Shown: piece after piece, positions 15,743 to 24,711 of the stretch
Layout of the letters: every line of letters starts with the position of its first letter
Numbering within the stretch: position 1 is the stretch's first letter
Assembly (NCBI GenBank): GCA_018817245.1
Contig: JAHIUG010000010.1
Coordinates: forward strand, 1-33,450
Direction of reading: 5' to 3'
Length of the DNA stretch: 33,450 bases
DNA from: Patescibacteria group bacterium
GTDB lineage: Bacteria; Patescibacteriota; Patescibacteriia; 2-12-FULL-60-25
Program-made: the position numbers and the translations under genes
Notes under the pieces: generated by a model
Database searches by the model: none
What the model saw: the letters and a program-made list of their open reading frames with translations, nothing else
What the model was told of the DNA's origin: nothing

Positions 15743-16441
15743 ATGGAGTCATTACTTCTCCCATCAAAAATTCGTTTTACTAAAGGCGAGAGGCCTAACG
15801 AAGGCATACTCACATTTGAACCATGTGAGCAGGGTTATGGTACAACGATCGGCAACGCCCTACGTCGCGTTTTGCTCTCTTCATTGGCCGGCGCCGCAGT
15901 AACCGCAGTGAAAATTAAAGGTGTGGATCACGAATTTTCCACAATGGCTTATTGTAAGGAAGACATGCTGGAAATTATTTTGAATCTCAAAACTCTACGC
16001 ATGAAGCTTCACTCAGAAGATCCGGTTAAATTAAGTCTTTCCGTTAAAGGAGAAAAGATTGTTACAGGTGAGGATTTTGAAAAGAATGCAGATGTTGAGA
16101 TTGTTAACCCGGATTTGGTAATCGCACACCTTACAGATAAAGCAGCTTCCATGGAAATGGAAATTACCGTAAGCCCGGGTAGAACATATCAAACAACCGA
16201 GGAGCGCATTAAAGAAAAGTTGGAACTTGGAAATATTTCAATCGACGCATTGTTTAGCCCGGTAATAAATGTTTCTTATAATGTCCAAGCAACTCGCGTT
16301 GGTGAGAAGACGGACTATGACAAATTGGTTCTTAACATTGAAACCGATGGAACAATTGACCCACTGGATGCGTGCCAAAAAGCGGTTGCAATTCTCTTGG
16401 ATCACTTCAGCCTCTTGAAAGATATTGAATATGAAGCATAA
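15743..16441 (+). CDS. rpoA: DNA-directed RNA polymerase alpha subunit, N-terminal domain only (232 aa)
   Basis: GYGTTIGNALRRVLLSSLAGAAVTAVKI and the rest of the alpha-NTD are present. The ORF stops where the linker and CTD would begin, and it overlaps the rplQ start. Confidence 0.9.
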   Translation: MESLLLPSKIRFTKGERPNEGILTFEPCEQGYGTTIGNALRRVLLSSLAGAAVTAVKIKGVDHEFSTMAYCKEDMLEIILNLKTLRMKLHSEDPVKLSLSVKGEKIVTGEDFEKNADVEIVNPDLVIAHLTDKAASMEMEITVSPGRTYQTTEERIKEKLELGNISIDALFSPVINVSYNVQATRVGEKTDYDKLVLNIETDGTIDPLDACQKAVAILLDHFSLLKDIEYEA

Positions 16442-16841
16442 GCATAAAGGAAAAGTTTTAGGCAGAGAAAAGGCGCCGCGAGAAGCAATGCTGCGGAATT
16501 TGGCGCAGTCGATTTTATTGTACGAAAATGTGAATACCACATTGGCAAAAGCAAAGGCTGTTCGTCCAATAGTGGAAAAAATAATTTCTACTGGTCGCAC
16601 AAAAAGTCTTCACACACGAAGAAGGTTGTCTCGTGTGTTGTCTATAGAATCAGTTGTAAATAAAGTATTGGAAGAGATTGGGCCGCGTTATGCCACAAGA
16701 TTAGGTGGATATACGCGCATTATTAAGTTGGGACGAAGAAAGGGCGACGGAGCTGAAATCGCACAAATTCAATTGGTTCGCGAGGAAACTGAAGGACTAA
16801 AGGGCCCAAGAATTGAAGAACAAAAAGAAAAGAATTCGTAA
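16425..16841 (+). CDS. rplQ: 50S ribosomal protein L17
   Basis: KHKHKGKVLGREKAPREAMLRNLAQSIL...GGYTRIIKLGRRKGDGAE. The start is 16425 or 16431, and either overlaps the rpoA stop. Confidence 0.93.
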   Translation: MNMKHKHKGKVLGREKAPREAMLRNLAQSILLYENVNTTLAKAKAVRPIVEKIISTGRTKSLHTRRRLSRVLSIESVVNKVLEEIGPRYATRLGGYTRIIKLGRRKGDGAEIAQIQLVREETEGLKGPRIEEQKEKNS

Positions 16842-16879
16842 TTCGTATATTCGTATAAGATTAGTAATTTTGTAGACCT

Positions 16880-17233
16880 ATGAATATTGAACGCAAAACA
16901 CATGAAATTGATGCAGAGGGAAAGATTGTTGGACGTTTAGCAACTCAAATTGCCGGTCTTTTGATAGGCAAAGGTAAGACTGATTACACTCCAAATATTG
17001 ATGGCGGAGACTTCGTGAAAGTGAAAAACGCAGACAAGGTTGTATTCTCCGGGAAAAAATGGGATCAAAAGAATTACTATCGCACCTCCGGCCGACCAGG
17101 CGGCTTAAAGATTATTTCTGTTAAAAAGATGAGAGAAGAAAAGCCGAATGAGATTTTACGCAATGCGGTAAAGTACATGCTACCAAAAAATAAAACACAA
17201 GATGTTAGAATGAAGCGTCTTATTATAGACTAA
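16880..17233 (+). CDS. rplM: 50S ribosomal protein L13 (short, 117 aa)
   Basis: IDAEGKIVGRLATQIAGLLIGKGKTDYTPNIDGGDFVKVKNADKV...Y..SG.PGG. Confidence 0.92.
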   Translation: MNIERKTHEIDAEGKIVGRLATQIAGLLIGKGKTDYTPNIDGGDFVKVKNADKVVFSGKKWDQKNYYRTSGRPGGLKIISVKKMREEKPNEILRNAVKYMLPKNKTQDVRMKRLIID

Positions 17234-17300
17234 TGCCGAATGTTGAATTTCACGCGAGGAACAGCCAAGTGCGAAATTTCAAATAATAAATTCGAATTTT

Positions 17301-17915
17301 ATGCCTAATGCAACCAAGAAAAATGAGGAGCCGGAAAAAGAAGTAACTTCCGCAAAAGCAGAAGACAAGAAGCTCGTTGTTAAGAAGCCAACTGCCAAAA
17401 AGCCTGCTGCGAAAAAGTCTGTTGCGAAGAAACCGGCTGCCAAGAAAGTTGCGAAAAAGCCGACTACTTCCAAAGCTGCTGTTTTGGAATCCGAAGAGGT
17501 TGCTGCAGCTGAAACGTCTAAGGGCGGTTCGTTCATTTCCGCTGTCGGACGACGCAAGAGTGGAATCGCACGAGTTCGTTTAATAAAAAACGGAAAAGGT
17601 GTAATCACAATCAACGGACGCAAGCTGAATGATTATTTTGGTTCATATAATTTGCGCGAAAAAGTAGTACTGCCGTTAAAAACCGTTGGACAGGAGAAAG
17701 CGGTTGATATCAGTGTTAAGGTTACGGGAGGTGGCGTACACGGACAGGCTGATGCTGTGTGTCATGGAATATCAAGATGTTTGGAAAAACTTAATCCAAC
17801 ATTTCATACTTCCTTAAAAAAACTTGGTCTCTTAACTCGAGATGCAAGAAAAAGAGAACGAAAGAAATTCGGAAAGAAAAGCGCTCGACGTAGCCCACAG
17901 TGGAGCAAGAGATAA
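17301..17915 (+). CDS. rpsI: 30S ribosomal protein S9 with a ~75-aa Lys/Ala/Pro-rich N-terminal extension
   Basis: Core AVGRRKSGIARVRL...GGGVHGQADAV.HGISR...RKKFGKKSARRSPQWSKR. The extension contains KKPAAKK-type repeats. Confidence 0.93.
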   Translation: MPNATKKNEEPEKEVTSAKAEDKKLVVKKPTAKKPAAKKSVAKKPAAKKVAKKPTTSKAAVLESEEVAAAETSKGGSFISAVGRRKSGIARVRLIKNGKGVITINGRKLNDYFGSYNLREKVVLPLKTVGQEKAVDISVKVTGGGVHGQADAVCHGISRCLEKLNPTFHTSLKKLGLLTRDARKRERKKFGKKSARRSPQWSKR

Positions 17916-17967
17916 GTTCGAAAATCGAATTTCGAATATCGAATGTAGAACAAGGTTTGAAAAGGAA

Positions 17968-17997
17968 GGGACGGACATTTTGTCCGTCCCTTTGATT
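17968..17997 (+). terminator. rho-independent terminator ending the ribosomal block
   Basis: GGGACGGACA-TTT-TGTCCGTCCC is a perfect 10-bp stem, followed by TTTGATTTT. Confidence 0.85.
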
Positions 17998-18188
17998 TTA
18001 TCCACAGTTTTTTTAAAAATCACGACCTTGAAAATCCAGCTCAACCATCGCATAAATCGAACCTCCATCCGCACAATTAACACGATCGCTTAAATTGTGT
18101 AGATGCTGGAAATGAGGCTGTGATTAATTGACGAATACGTTAATTCGTGCCAAGTTGTTTGTACGAACTTTCACAACGGGAGGTAATC

Positions 18189-18467
18189 ATGGATGCATAT
18201 CATCAAAAGCCTGAATTGGCAAAGCGCCTTGAGGCGGCAGACTTACTTGGTGGCTTGAAAGATATCATCGGTCGGCCGTATATATTGACAGGAGAAGATG
18301 AGATTTATGTTGGTGAAAAAATTACCAGCATAATTTTTAGGCCCGGCAAACTGTTAGTGGGTACGCTTGATGGCGAATCTTGTGGATTGCTGATGTTCGA
18401 TCAAAGTAAAAAAGAATGGTCGTCCACTATCAGTAGTATTAAGCAGTTCCGGGTTTCTGTGCTCTAG
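18189..18467 (+). CDS. hypothetical protein (92 aa), orphan
   Basis: ATG at 18189 preceded by SD GGGAGG. Own terminator. The GTG at 18147 in the ORF track is less likely. Confidence 0.55.
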   Translation: MDAYHQKPELAKRLEAADLLGGLKDIIGRPYILTGEDEIYVGEKITSIIFRPGKLLVGTLDGESCGLLMFDQSKKEWSSTISSIKQFRVSVL

Positions 18468-18483
18468 CTCCATTGCTTTTCTC

Positions 18484-18511
18484 AAAACCGCCCTAACTCA
18501 AGGCGGTTTTT
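18484..18511 (+). terminator. rho-independent terminator
   Basis: AAAACCGCC pairs with GGCGGTTTT around a 9-nt loop, followed by T. Confidence 0.8.
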
Positions 18512-18670
18512 GATTTGTTCAGCTCTTGGGTTATTTGCACATTCCATTTACAATGAAGCAGACTTCGGATTCGTAGCTCGTAACTTGGAACATGGAACTC
18601 AAAAGGAAAAAATTGAATTCAATTCGGGTTACGAGTTGTGCGTTACGAGTTTCGGATTGAGGATTACTTT

Positions 18671-20140
18671 ATGCCCTACGGCGCTAAAATCGCGAAAAAT
18701 GCAGCGTGGCTCATGTTTGCTACGGCAGGACAAAAACTGGTTGCATTTTTTGCGTTCATTATAGTAGCGCGTTTGCTTGGCAAAGAACTGACCGGGGTTT
18801 TCTTTTATGCAGTTTCTGTAACTTCCATCTTTGTAATACTCTCGGATCTTGGAATGACGCCAGTCGTGATTCGAGCTATTGCTGGAGGGAGGACAGATGG
18901 TGCGCGACTGTTTGGAGCAGCAATCCGCGCAAAGCTCTGTCTAGCGCCAATTGCTATTATTGCAGCGCTTGTTTATGCGTTTGCCTTTGGAGCTGATAAA
19001 ACAACGCTTATAACAGTGGCAATCGCTTGTTTGGTAATGACAGCAGATACAGTGCATTTAGTGTTGTACGGGGCTCTCAGAGGGCGACAGAACCTACGTC
19101 CAGAAGCATTAGGCATGTTTGTGGGTCAGATTTTAACAGCTATTTTCTCCGTTGGCGCAGCTGTGCTTGGATTTGGTCCAATTGGATTAGCTGTTGCGCT
19201 CCTCGTGGGTAGCTCCTGGAATGTCTTTTGGAGCGCTCGTCAAACTGTAAAATTGAAAGTTCCAATAGAAACCCCGCTTCTCAAAGATTACAAACGATTG
19301 GCAAAAGAAGCGCTGCCATTCGGAATAGCCGGGTTGTCAGTCAAAGTTTATTCGTACGTAGACAGTTTGTTCTTAAACGTTTATCACGGATCAGCGGCCG
19401 TTGGTCTTTATGCTGTTGCATATAAATTAACTTACGCGCTTCAATTTCTCCCAATAACTTTTACAGCCGCACTTTATCCGGCTCTTGCATCCGCTTACGC
19501 AAAAAAGGAGAAAGATGAGCTGCGAAACATATTCTTGGGCTCTTTGAGATTAATGGCTGCCATCGGGTTCCCAATTTCCGCCGGCCTGTCTGCACTTGCG
19601 CCTGACATTATTCCGCTTTTGTACGGGCAAGATTTTGTGGGAGCGATCGCGGCTTTTCAGATTTTGCCATGGGTGTTACTTCCGATTTTCTTAGATTTTC
19701 CAATCGGTGCTTTGCTAAATGGCACAAATCGCGCGCACTTAAAAACAATTGCGATGGTTGTTACGATGATAGTAAACATAGTGCTAAACGCAATCCTAGT
19801 TCCAAAATTCGGTCCGGTTGGCGCTGCTTGGGCAGGTGTTGCAAGTTTTTGGTGCTTGTATCTTATTGGCGCATATTTTACGCGAGAATACGCCGGGGGA
19901 GTTATCGGCTTTGTTTCCATCACGCTTCGCGGATTGGCGGCTGCCGGAGTTTCATGGTACGCATGGCAGACAAGTGTTGTTTATATGCCGCTTTTTGCAT
20001 CCATGGTATTTGGTGCGGCAGTTGCGCTAATCATGGGTTTTGTAGTTAGATTCATACGCTGGGATGATATGAAGCTGATTGTGGATATCTTCCGCAAGAC
20101 AAAGAACGTCGGACCTCGGACCTCGGGCGCCGGACCGTGA
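18671..20140 (+). CDS. MOP-superfamily oligosaccharide/lipid-linked glycan flippase (Wzx/MurJ-like)
   Basis: About 12-14 predicted TM helices. The N-terminus IAKNAAWLMFATAGQKLVAFFAFIIVARLLG is typical of polysaccharide biosynthesis flippases. The ATG at 18671 is preferred over the GTG at 18638. Confidence 0.8.
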   Translation: MPYGAKIAKNAAWLMFATAGQKLVAFFAFIIVARLLGKELTGVFFYAVSVTSIFVILSDLGMTPVVIRAIAGGRTDGARLFGAAIRAKLCLAPIAIIAALVYAFAFGADKTTLITVAIACLVMTADTVHLVLYGALRGRQNLRPEALGMFVGQILTAIFSVGAAVLGFGPIGLAVALLVGSSWNVFWSARQTVKLKVPIETPLLKDYKRLAKEALPFGIAGLSVKVYSYVDSLFLNVYHGSAAVGLYAVAYKLTYALQFLPITFTAALYPALASAYAKKEKDELRNIFLGSLRLMAAIGFPISAGLSALAPDIIPLLYGQDFVGAIAAFQILPWVLLPIFLDFPIGALLNGTNRAHLKTIAMVVTMIVNIVLNAILVPKFGPVGAAWAGVASFWCLYLIGAYFTREYAGGVIGFVSITLRGLAAAGVSWYAWQTSVVYMPLFASMVFGAAVALIMGFVVRFIRWDDMKLIVDIFRKTKNVGPRTSGAGP

Positions 20141-20141
20141 T

Positions 20142-21191
20142 ATGTCTAAAATCACACTAATTACTCTTGATTATCCTCCTTTGAAAGGTGGAATAGCTCG
20201 CTATTTAAGTGAGCTTGTTAAGGCATCAAATGGGGAAATGGAAGTTATAACTCCGGAAGATCGAAATTTTTTTAGGAATAAGTGGCCTCGCTGGAAGCCG
20301 ATCGTCGACATTTGTCTGAGTTTAAAGAACAAGGAGCGCGTTATTTTACTGAGTCACGTTTTTCCTGTTGGAACAGCGGCGTGGCTTGCTAAGCGAAAAG
20401 GTGGACCTGATTATGCGGTTTTATTTCATGGATTGGATTTGCGATTGGTAAAAGGATTGTGGAAGAAATGGCTGCTGAAGCAGATTTGTGCTAATGCGAA
20501 ATTATTGATTGTTAACAGTGAGTCCACGAGAAGTGATTTGCGCACGCTTGTTCCAAGCGCAGACCCGTTGGATTTAACGCCCGGTGTTGATGAACAAGAC
20601 ATTCCATCTCGTGAAAAAGCGCGTGAACTTTTAGAAATAACGCAGTTTGAAAAAATCGTGGTGTCTTTAGCTCGACTGGTGCCACGTAAAGGAATTGATA
20701 ATGCACTTCATGCAATGTCACGTCTGCAGAAAAAGATGGATGTGCCTTATGTGGTTTTGGGGGACGGGCCGGATCGCGATCGTTTGATTCGACTCGCCCT
20801 GGAGCATCGTACACAAGTTAAGTGGATTCGCAATGCGTCTGATGAGGAAAAGTGGTTGTGGCTAGCTGCGGCTGACGTTTTTCTTTTGCCTGTTCGTGAT
20901 GAGGGTGAGGATGTTGAAGGTTTTGGGATTGTTTATCTGGAGGCGGCAAAAGCGGGAATTCCATCTGTGGCCGGCAAGAGCGGTGGCGCGACTGAAGCTG
21001 TAAAACACAATAAAACCGGGTTTTTAGTGCGTCCTAATGATGTAGATGATATTGAGGAGGCTGTGGAAAAGTTGCTAAAAGACGAAGAATTGCGTAAAAA
21101 GCTAGGTGAGGAGGCTAAGAAGAGAGTGGAGGAGGAATTTGGGTGGGGAGAAAGATGGAGGAAATTAGCTTGTAGCTTAATAGGTCATTGA
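20142..21191 (+). CDS. glycosyltransferase family 4 (GT-B fold)
   Basis: The C-terminal half has the E-x7-E-type block EGFGIVYLEAAKAGIPSVAGKSGGATEAV. The ATG lies 1 nt after the flippase stop. Confidence 0.85.
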   Translation: MSKITLITLDYPPLKGGIARYLSELVKASNGEMEVITPEDRNFFRNKWPRWKPIVDICLSLKNKERVILLSHVFPVGTAAWLAKRKGGPDYAVLFHGLDLRLVKGLWKKWLLKQICANAKLLIVNSESTRSDLRTLVPSADPLDLTPGVDEQDIPSREKARELLEITQFEKIVVSLARLVPRKGIDNALHAMSRLQKKMDVPYVVLGDGPDRDRLIRLALEHRTQVKWIRNASDEEKWLWLAAADVFLLPVRDEGEDVEGFGIVYLEAAKAGIPSVAGKSGGATEAVKHNKTGFLVRPNDVDDIEEAVEKLLKDEELRKKLGEEAKKRVEEEFGWGERWRKLACSLIGH

Positions 21192-21241
21192 ATCATTGTT
21201 AGTCTAACAACCTAAAAAGCTAACGCCTAAAGCCTAACATA

Positions 21242-21946
21242 ATGTATATAGCTGTAATAATACCCTGTTTTAATCACGCTGATATTTTGCGACGCACGCT
21301 AGAGGGTTTATCTATTCAAAGTCTGAAACCGGTTGAAGTGGTGGTTATAGATGATGGATCAGAAGATAATCCTGAAACAGTTGTGCGAGATTTTGTTGAT
21401 CGCTTGCCAATTAAGTTTCACAAACTTTATAAAAATCACGGGGCGCCATATGTGCGCAATTTAGGCGCTCGCATGACCACAGCGCCTCTTATAATTTTTC
21501 TTGATGCAGATGCTGAGTTAGTACCAAATGCGCTTGAGTTTTTCGCGCTGGAACTTGAGTCTAATACAGACGCTGACTTCGTATATTCAAATTTCTTTTG
21601 GGGAATAAAACGCTTTAAAGCTCGTGCTTTTAATTTTGATGCGCTAAAGAAAAGAAATTATATTCACACATCAAGTTTGATGCGTCGGAGTTGCTTTCCG
21701 GGCTTTGATGAAAGTTTAAAGAAATTTCAAGATTGGGATTTGTGGTTGAACATGGCAGAAAGAGGGTCTCGCGGCGTTTGGATAAACCATGAATTATATC
21801 GCATTGAGCCGCGTCGTCAGGGTATGAGCCGATGGATGCCGCGAATCGCATATCTCGTACCATGGTCTCGATTTGGGTTCATGCCAAAAGAATTGACAAA
21901 ATACCGCCAAGCTGAGGAGATAGTGCGGAAGAAACATGGTATTTGA
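21242..21946 (+). CDS. glycosyltransferase family 2
   Basis: IAVIIPCFNH...VVVIDDGSEDN...FLDADAE (a DxD-like block). Confidence 0.85.
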   Translation: MYIAVIIPCFNHADILRRTLEGLSIQSLKPVEVVVIDDGSEDNPETVVRDFVDRLPIKFHKLYKNHGAPYVRNLGARMTTAPLIIFLDADAELVPNALEFFALELESNTDADFVYSNFFWGIKRFKARAFNFDALKKRNYIHTSSLMRRSCFPGFDESLKKFQDWDLWLNMAERGSRGVWINHELYRIEPRRQGMSRWMPRIAYLVPWSRFGFMPKELTKYRQAEEIVRKKHGI

Positions 21947-22032
21947 ATGACGAATGATAGTTGTCATCTTTTGATCCTTTCCTACATTCGTCATTCGGAT
22001 TTCGGAATTCGTCGTTATACAAAAATAGTTTT

Positions 22033-24534
22033 ATGAAAGACCTGCGGATTGTGATTGTCTCTTGGAACGTAGAGAATTTGCTCGAGTGTTGTTTGAGATC
22101 GCTACCAGAAGCATGTCGAGGTTTGAGCTGGGATGTGGTTGTTGTGGATAATGCATCTCAGGATGACAGTGTAAGCGCTGCTCGTCGCATGGGAATTAAA
22201 ACTGCGCAGGAAAGCGAGCATGGTCCGAGGACTGTGGTTAAAGTTATTGCGAATTCTGAGAATCGCGGATTCGCGCGCGCGTGCAATCAGGGAATCACTG
22301 GTGCTGACGCAAGATACGTTTTAATCCTTAATCCAGATACAGAATGTCCGCCTTTATCTTTGTTCAGATTTATAAATATTGCTAATGCTTGTCCTGACGC
22401 CGGAATACTTGGTCCACAGCTCATCTATCCGGACGGAAGTTATCAGGAAAGTGTTCGTCGTTTTCCAACGATTTGGAGTCAGGTTGTGATTTTGAAAAAG
22501 ATACACCACATTGCGCCGTGGCATCCAGCTTATACAAGATATTTGGCAAAAGATTTGATACTAGAGCGCGAGCAAAGTGTAGACCAAGTTATGGGCGCGT
22601 GTTTTCTTATTCGTCGAGAGTTGATTGAACAGGCGGGCGGATTGGATGAGCGATATTTTGTGTGGTTTGAGGAAGTTGACTATTGCAAGCGGGCTCATGA
22701 GCTGGGATGGATGGTTCGTTATGTCCCATCCGTGAAAGTGGTGCACCATAGTGGGCAAGCATTTGCGCAAGTGTACTCATTGAAAAAGCAGCGTATGTTT
22801 AATGACAGTCTGCTTAAATATTTTAAGAAGTGGCATCCGGGCTGGCGTTTTTGGTTACTAAAGATAACAGCGCCGTATTCTATATTTTTGACGTGGATGA
22901 TGAGCGGACGGGAGAAAGTTGAAAGTCAAAATCCAAATGTCATTGCGAGGAGCGGAGTGACGCAGCAATCTTTTCGAAAAGATCACCACGTCGCCCCAAA
23001 AGCTTTCGGAGCTCCTCGTGATGACAATAAGATAATAAAGAAGGATTGGATTATTTGGATCTTTGCGATTTTTCTACTTGAAGCGGTTTCTTTATCTTTT
23101 GTTTTTTGGCCGTATGAACGGGGCGCTATCACAATGCTTGTTGGTATTGGCATGTTGTTTTTAGCTTGGCGCCGGCCGGATTTGGGGTTGGCTATCATCC
23201 TTCTTGAGTTATTAATTGGCGCAAAAGGCTCTCTGCTAAAAATTCCAAACGGGTGGGATTTTGATAATGGAACATCTCTGCGCATGGTGTTGCTTTTTAC
23301 TTTTATAATCGGTTGGTTGTTTAATGCAATCACATATTGGCGCGCGAATTTTTCTGTCATTTCGACCGAGCGGAGAAATTTCGTTCGGAATTTAGTGCGC
23401 GGCAGAGGAGCGTGGATCGCGCTTGCCATTTTGTGTGTTTGGGCTTTTATGCGCGGAGTTTGGTTGGGGAATGGCGCTTTATTAAGAGATGCGAATGCCT
23501 GGGGATTTTTATTAATATTAATCCCTGTTTTGGATGTTGCATTACGTAAATCCGATAGTTTAATACGCCACGCAGTTAATGTGATCATCGCATCGCTAAT
23601 CTGGCTGCCTGTTAAAACGTTAGGCCTGTTATACGTTTTTTCTCATGGTATCAAATCTTTATCGCATCCCTTATATCTTTGGGTCAGAAGAACGGGCGTG
23701 GGTGAAGTCACGTTGGTAACCGGTAATTTATTCCGCATTTTCATACAATCTCAGGTTTATGCGCTTGCCGGATTTTTGTTTGGAAGTTCTTACGCGTTAT
23801 CCGAAACCCAAAACCTAAAACCCGAATCCCGTGATGTGAACATCTTCTGGATCATACTTGTCGCCTCCTCAGTCTCAATTCTGATAAGTTTATCGCGCAG
23901 CTTTTGGGTAGGATTATTTTTCGGATTGCTGGTGTTGTTGATTCTAAAAATAATCTATTTACGATCTTTGGTGAGCTGGAATTCGGTTTGGACAATTTTT
24001 TCCGCTGTTGTAATTGGAGCGGGTTTGATTTTTGCCGTTGTAGCATTCCCATATCCGTATGTTGATGTTGGATCGCTGAAAACCTTGTTTGGTTCGCGGG
24101 GTTCAGTTACAGATGTTGCTGCAGAAAGTAGATGGAACTTGTTGCCGGTTCTTGTAGAAAAGATAAAGGACGCACCAGTTCTCGGATCTGGTTTTGGCGC
24201 AACCGTGACATATCAAACAATGGATCCGCGTATTCGAGCGCAAAATTCGGATGGCTGGTACACCACGCACGCATTTGAATGGGGTTGGTTGGAGCACTGG
24301 ATTAAGTTTGGGATTTTAGGGATTCCTGTTGTTGCGTGGCTTCTTTTGTCACTCATGATGCGTTTGTGGAAATTAAAAACCGACTGGTGGATCCGAGCCG
24401 GTTTCATTTCTTCATTAACCGCATTAGCAGCGCTTCACATCTTCACGCCATATTTGAATCATCCTCTCGGCTTTGCATTTTTGTTAACAGCAGAAGGATA
24501 CATAACAGCAAAATCGAACATTAAAGAATACTAA
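22033..24534 (+). CDS. fusion protein: N-terminal GT2 glycosyltransferase plus C-terminal O-antigen ligase/polymerase-like (Wzy_C-type) polytopic membrane domain
   Basis: GT2 part: IVIVSWNV...VVVVDNASQDDS...NRGFARACNQG...LNPDTE...EEVDYCKRA. Membrane part: ~10 TM helices with SLSRSFWVGL and the loop PVLGSGFGAT...HAFEWGWLEHWIKFGILG. The two halves are joined by a translated repeat element. The ATG at 22033 is preferred over the TTG at 21961. Confidence 0.8.
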   Translation: MKDLRIVIVSWNVENLLECCLRSLPEACRGLSWDVVVVDNASQDDSVSAARRMGIKTAQESEHGPRTVVKVIANSENRGFARACNQGITGADARYVLILNPDTECPPLSLFRFINIANACPDAGILGPQLIYPDGSYQESVRRFPTIWSQVVILKKIHHIAPWHPAYTRYLAKDLILEREQSVDQVMGACFLIRRELIEQAGGLDERYFVWFEEVDYCKRAHELGWMVRYVPSVKVVHHSGQAFAQVYSLKKQRMFNDSLLKYFKKWHPGWRFWLLKITAPYSIFLTWMMSGREKVESQNPNVIARSGVTQQSFRKDHHVAPKAFGAPRDDNKIIKKDWIIWIFAIFLLEAVSLSFVFWPYERGAITMLVGIGMLFLAWRRPDLGLAIILLELLIGAKGSLLKIPNGWDFDNGTSLRMVLLFTFIIGWLFNAITYWRANFSVISTERRNFVRNLVRGRGAWIALAILCVWAFMRGVWLGNGALLRDANAWGFLLILIPVLDVALRKSDSLIRHAVNVIIASLIWLPVKTLGLLYVFSHGIKSLSHPLYLWVRRTGVGEVTLVTGNLFRIFIQSQVYALAGFLFGSSYALSETQNLKPESRDVNIFWIILVASSVSILISLSRSFWVGLFFGLLVLLILKIIYLRSLVSWNSVWTIFSAVVIGAGLIFAVVAFPYPYVDVGSLKTLFGSRGSVTDVAAESRWNLLPVLVEKIKDAPVLGSGFGATVTYQTMDPRIRAQNSDGWYTTHAFEWGWLEHWIKFGILGIPVVAWLLLSLMMRLWKLKTDWWIRAGFISSLTALAALHIFTPYLNHPLGFAFLLTAEGYITAKSNIKEY
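22938..23026. repeat. TGTCAT...ATGACA palindromic element embedded in frame in a CDS
   Basis: TGTCATTGCGAGGAGC (from 22938) and GCTCCTCGTGATGACA (to 23026) are 16-bp inverted ends with 2 mismatches. The element translates as VIARSGVTQQSFRKDHHVAPKAFGAPRDD. Confidence 0.85.
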
Positions 24535-24711
24535 TCCTTATAATAAACTCAAATGACCTCCTCCCCGGGTTCCGCTCCGCTTCACCCTGGGTTTCCATTC
24601 ATTAAATTTCGCTTCGCGCAGACTCGTTTTGCTCGTCGGCCATTCATCCCCGCATTCCGGCTTCTTACTAACAACTACTCGTGATTTGTTGGCCTCCATG
24701 CAGGGTTTCCT

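Noticed and set aside
18510-18764. 84-aa ORF in the spacer upstream of the flippase
   Set aside because: It starts at TTG and is composed largely of spacer word repeats (CGGATTCGTAGCTCGTAAC...). It overlaps the flippase start in another frame and has no RBS.
22983-23588. 201-aa antisense ORF inside the GT2-ligase gene. Similar antisense ORFs occur at 266..589, 11286..11639, 16238..16600, 17279..17623, 27043..27327, 32848..33195 and 33192..33446.
   Set aside because: Each is fully embedded opposite a gene with clear family motifs or an open-ended better ORF. None has an RBS, and their amino-acid composition is odd.
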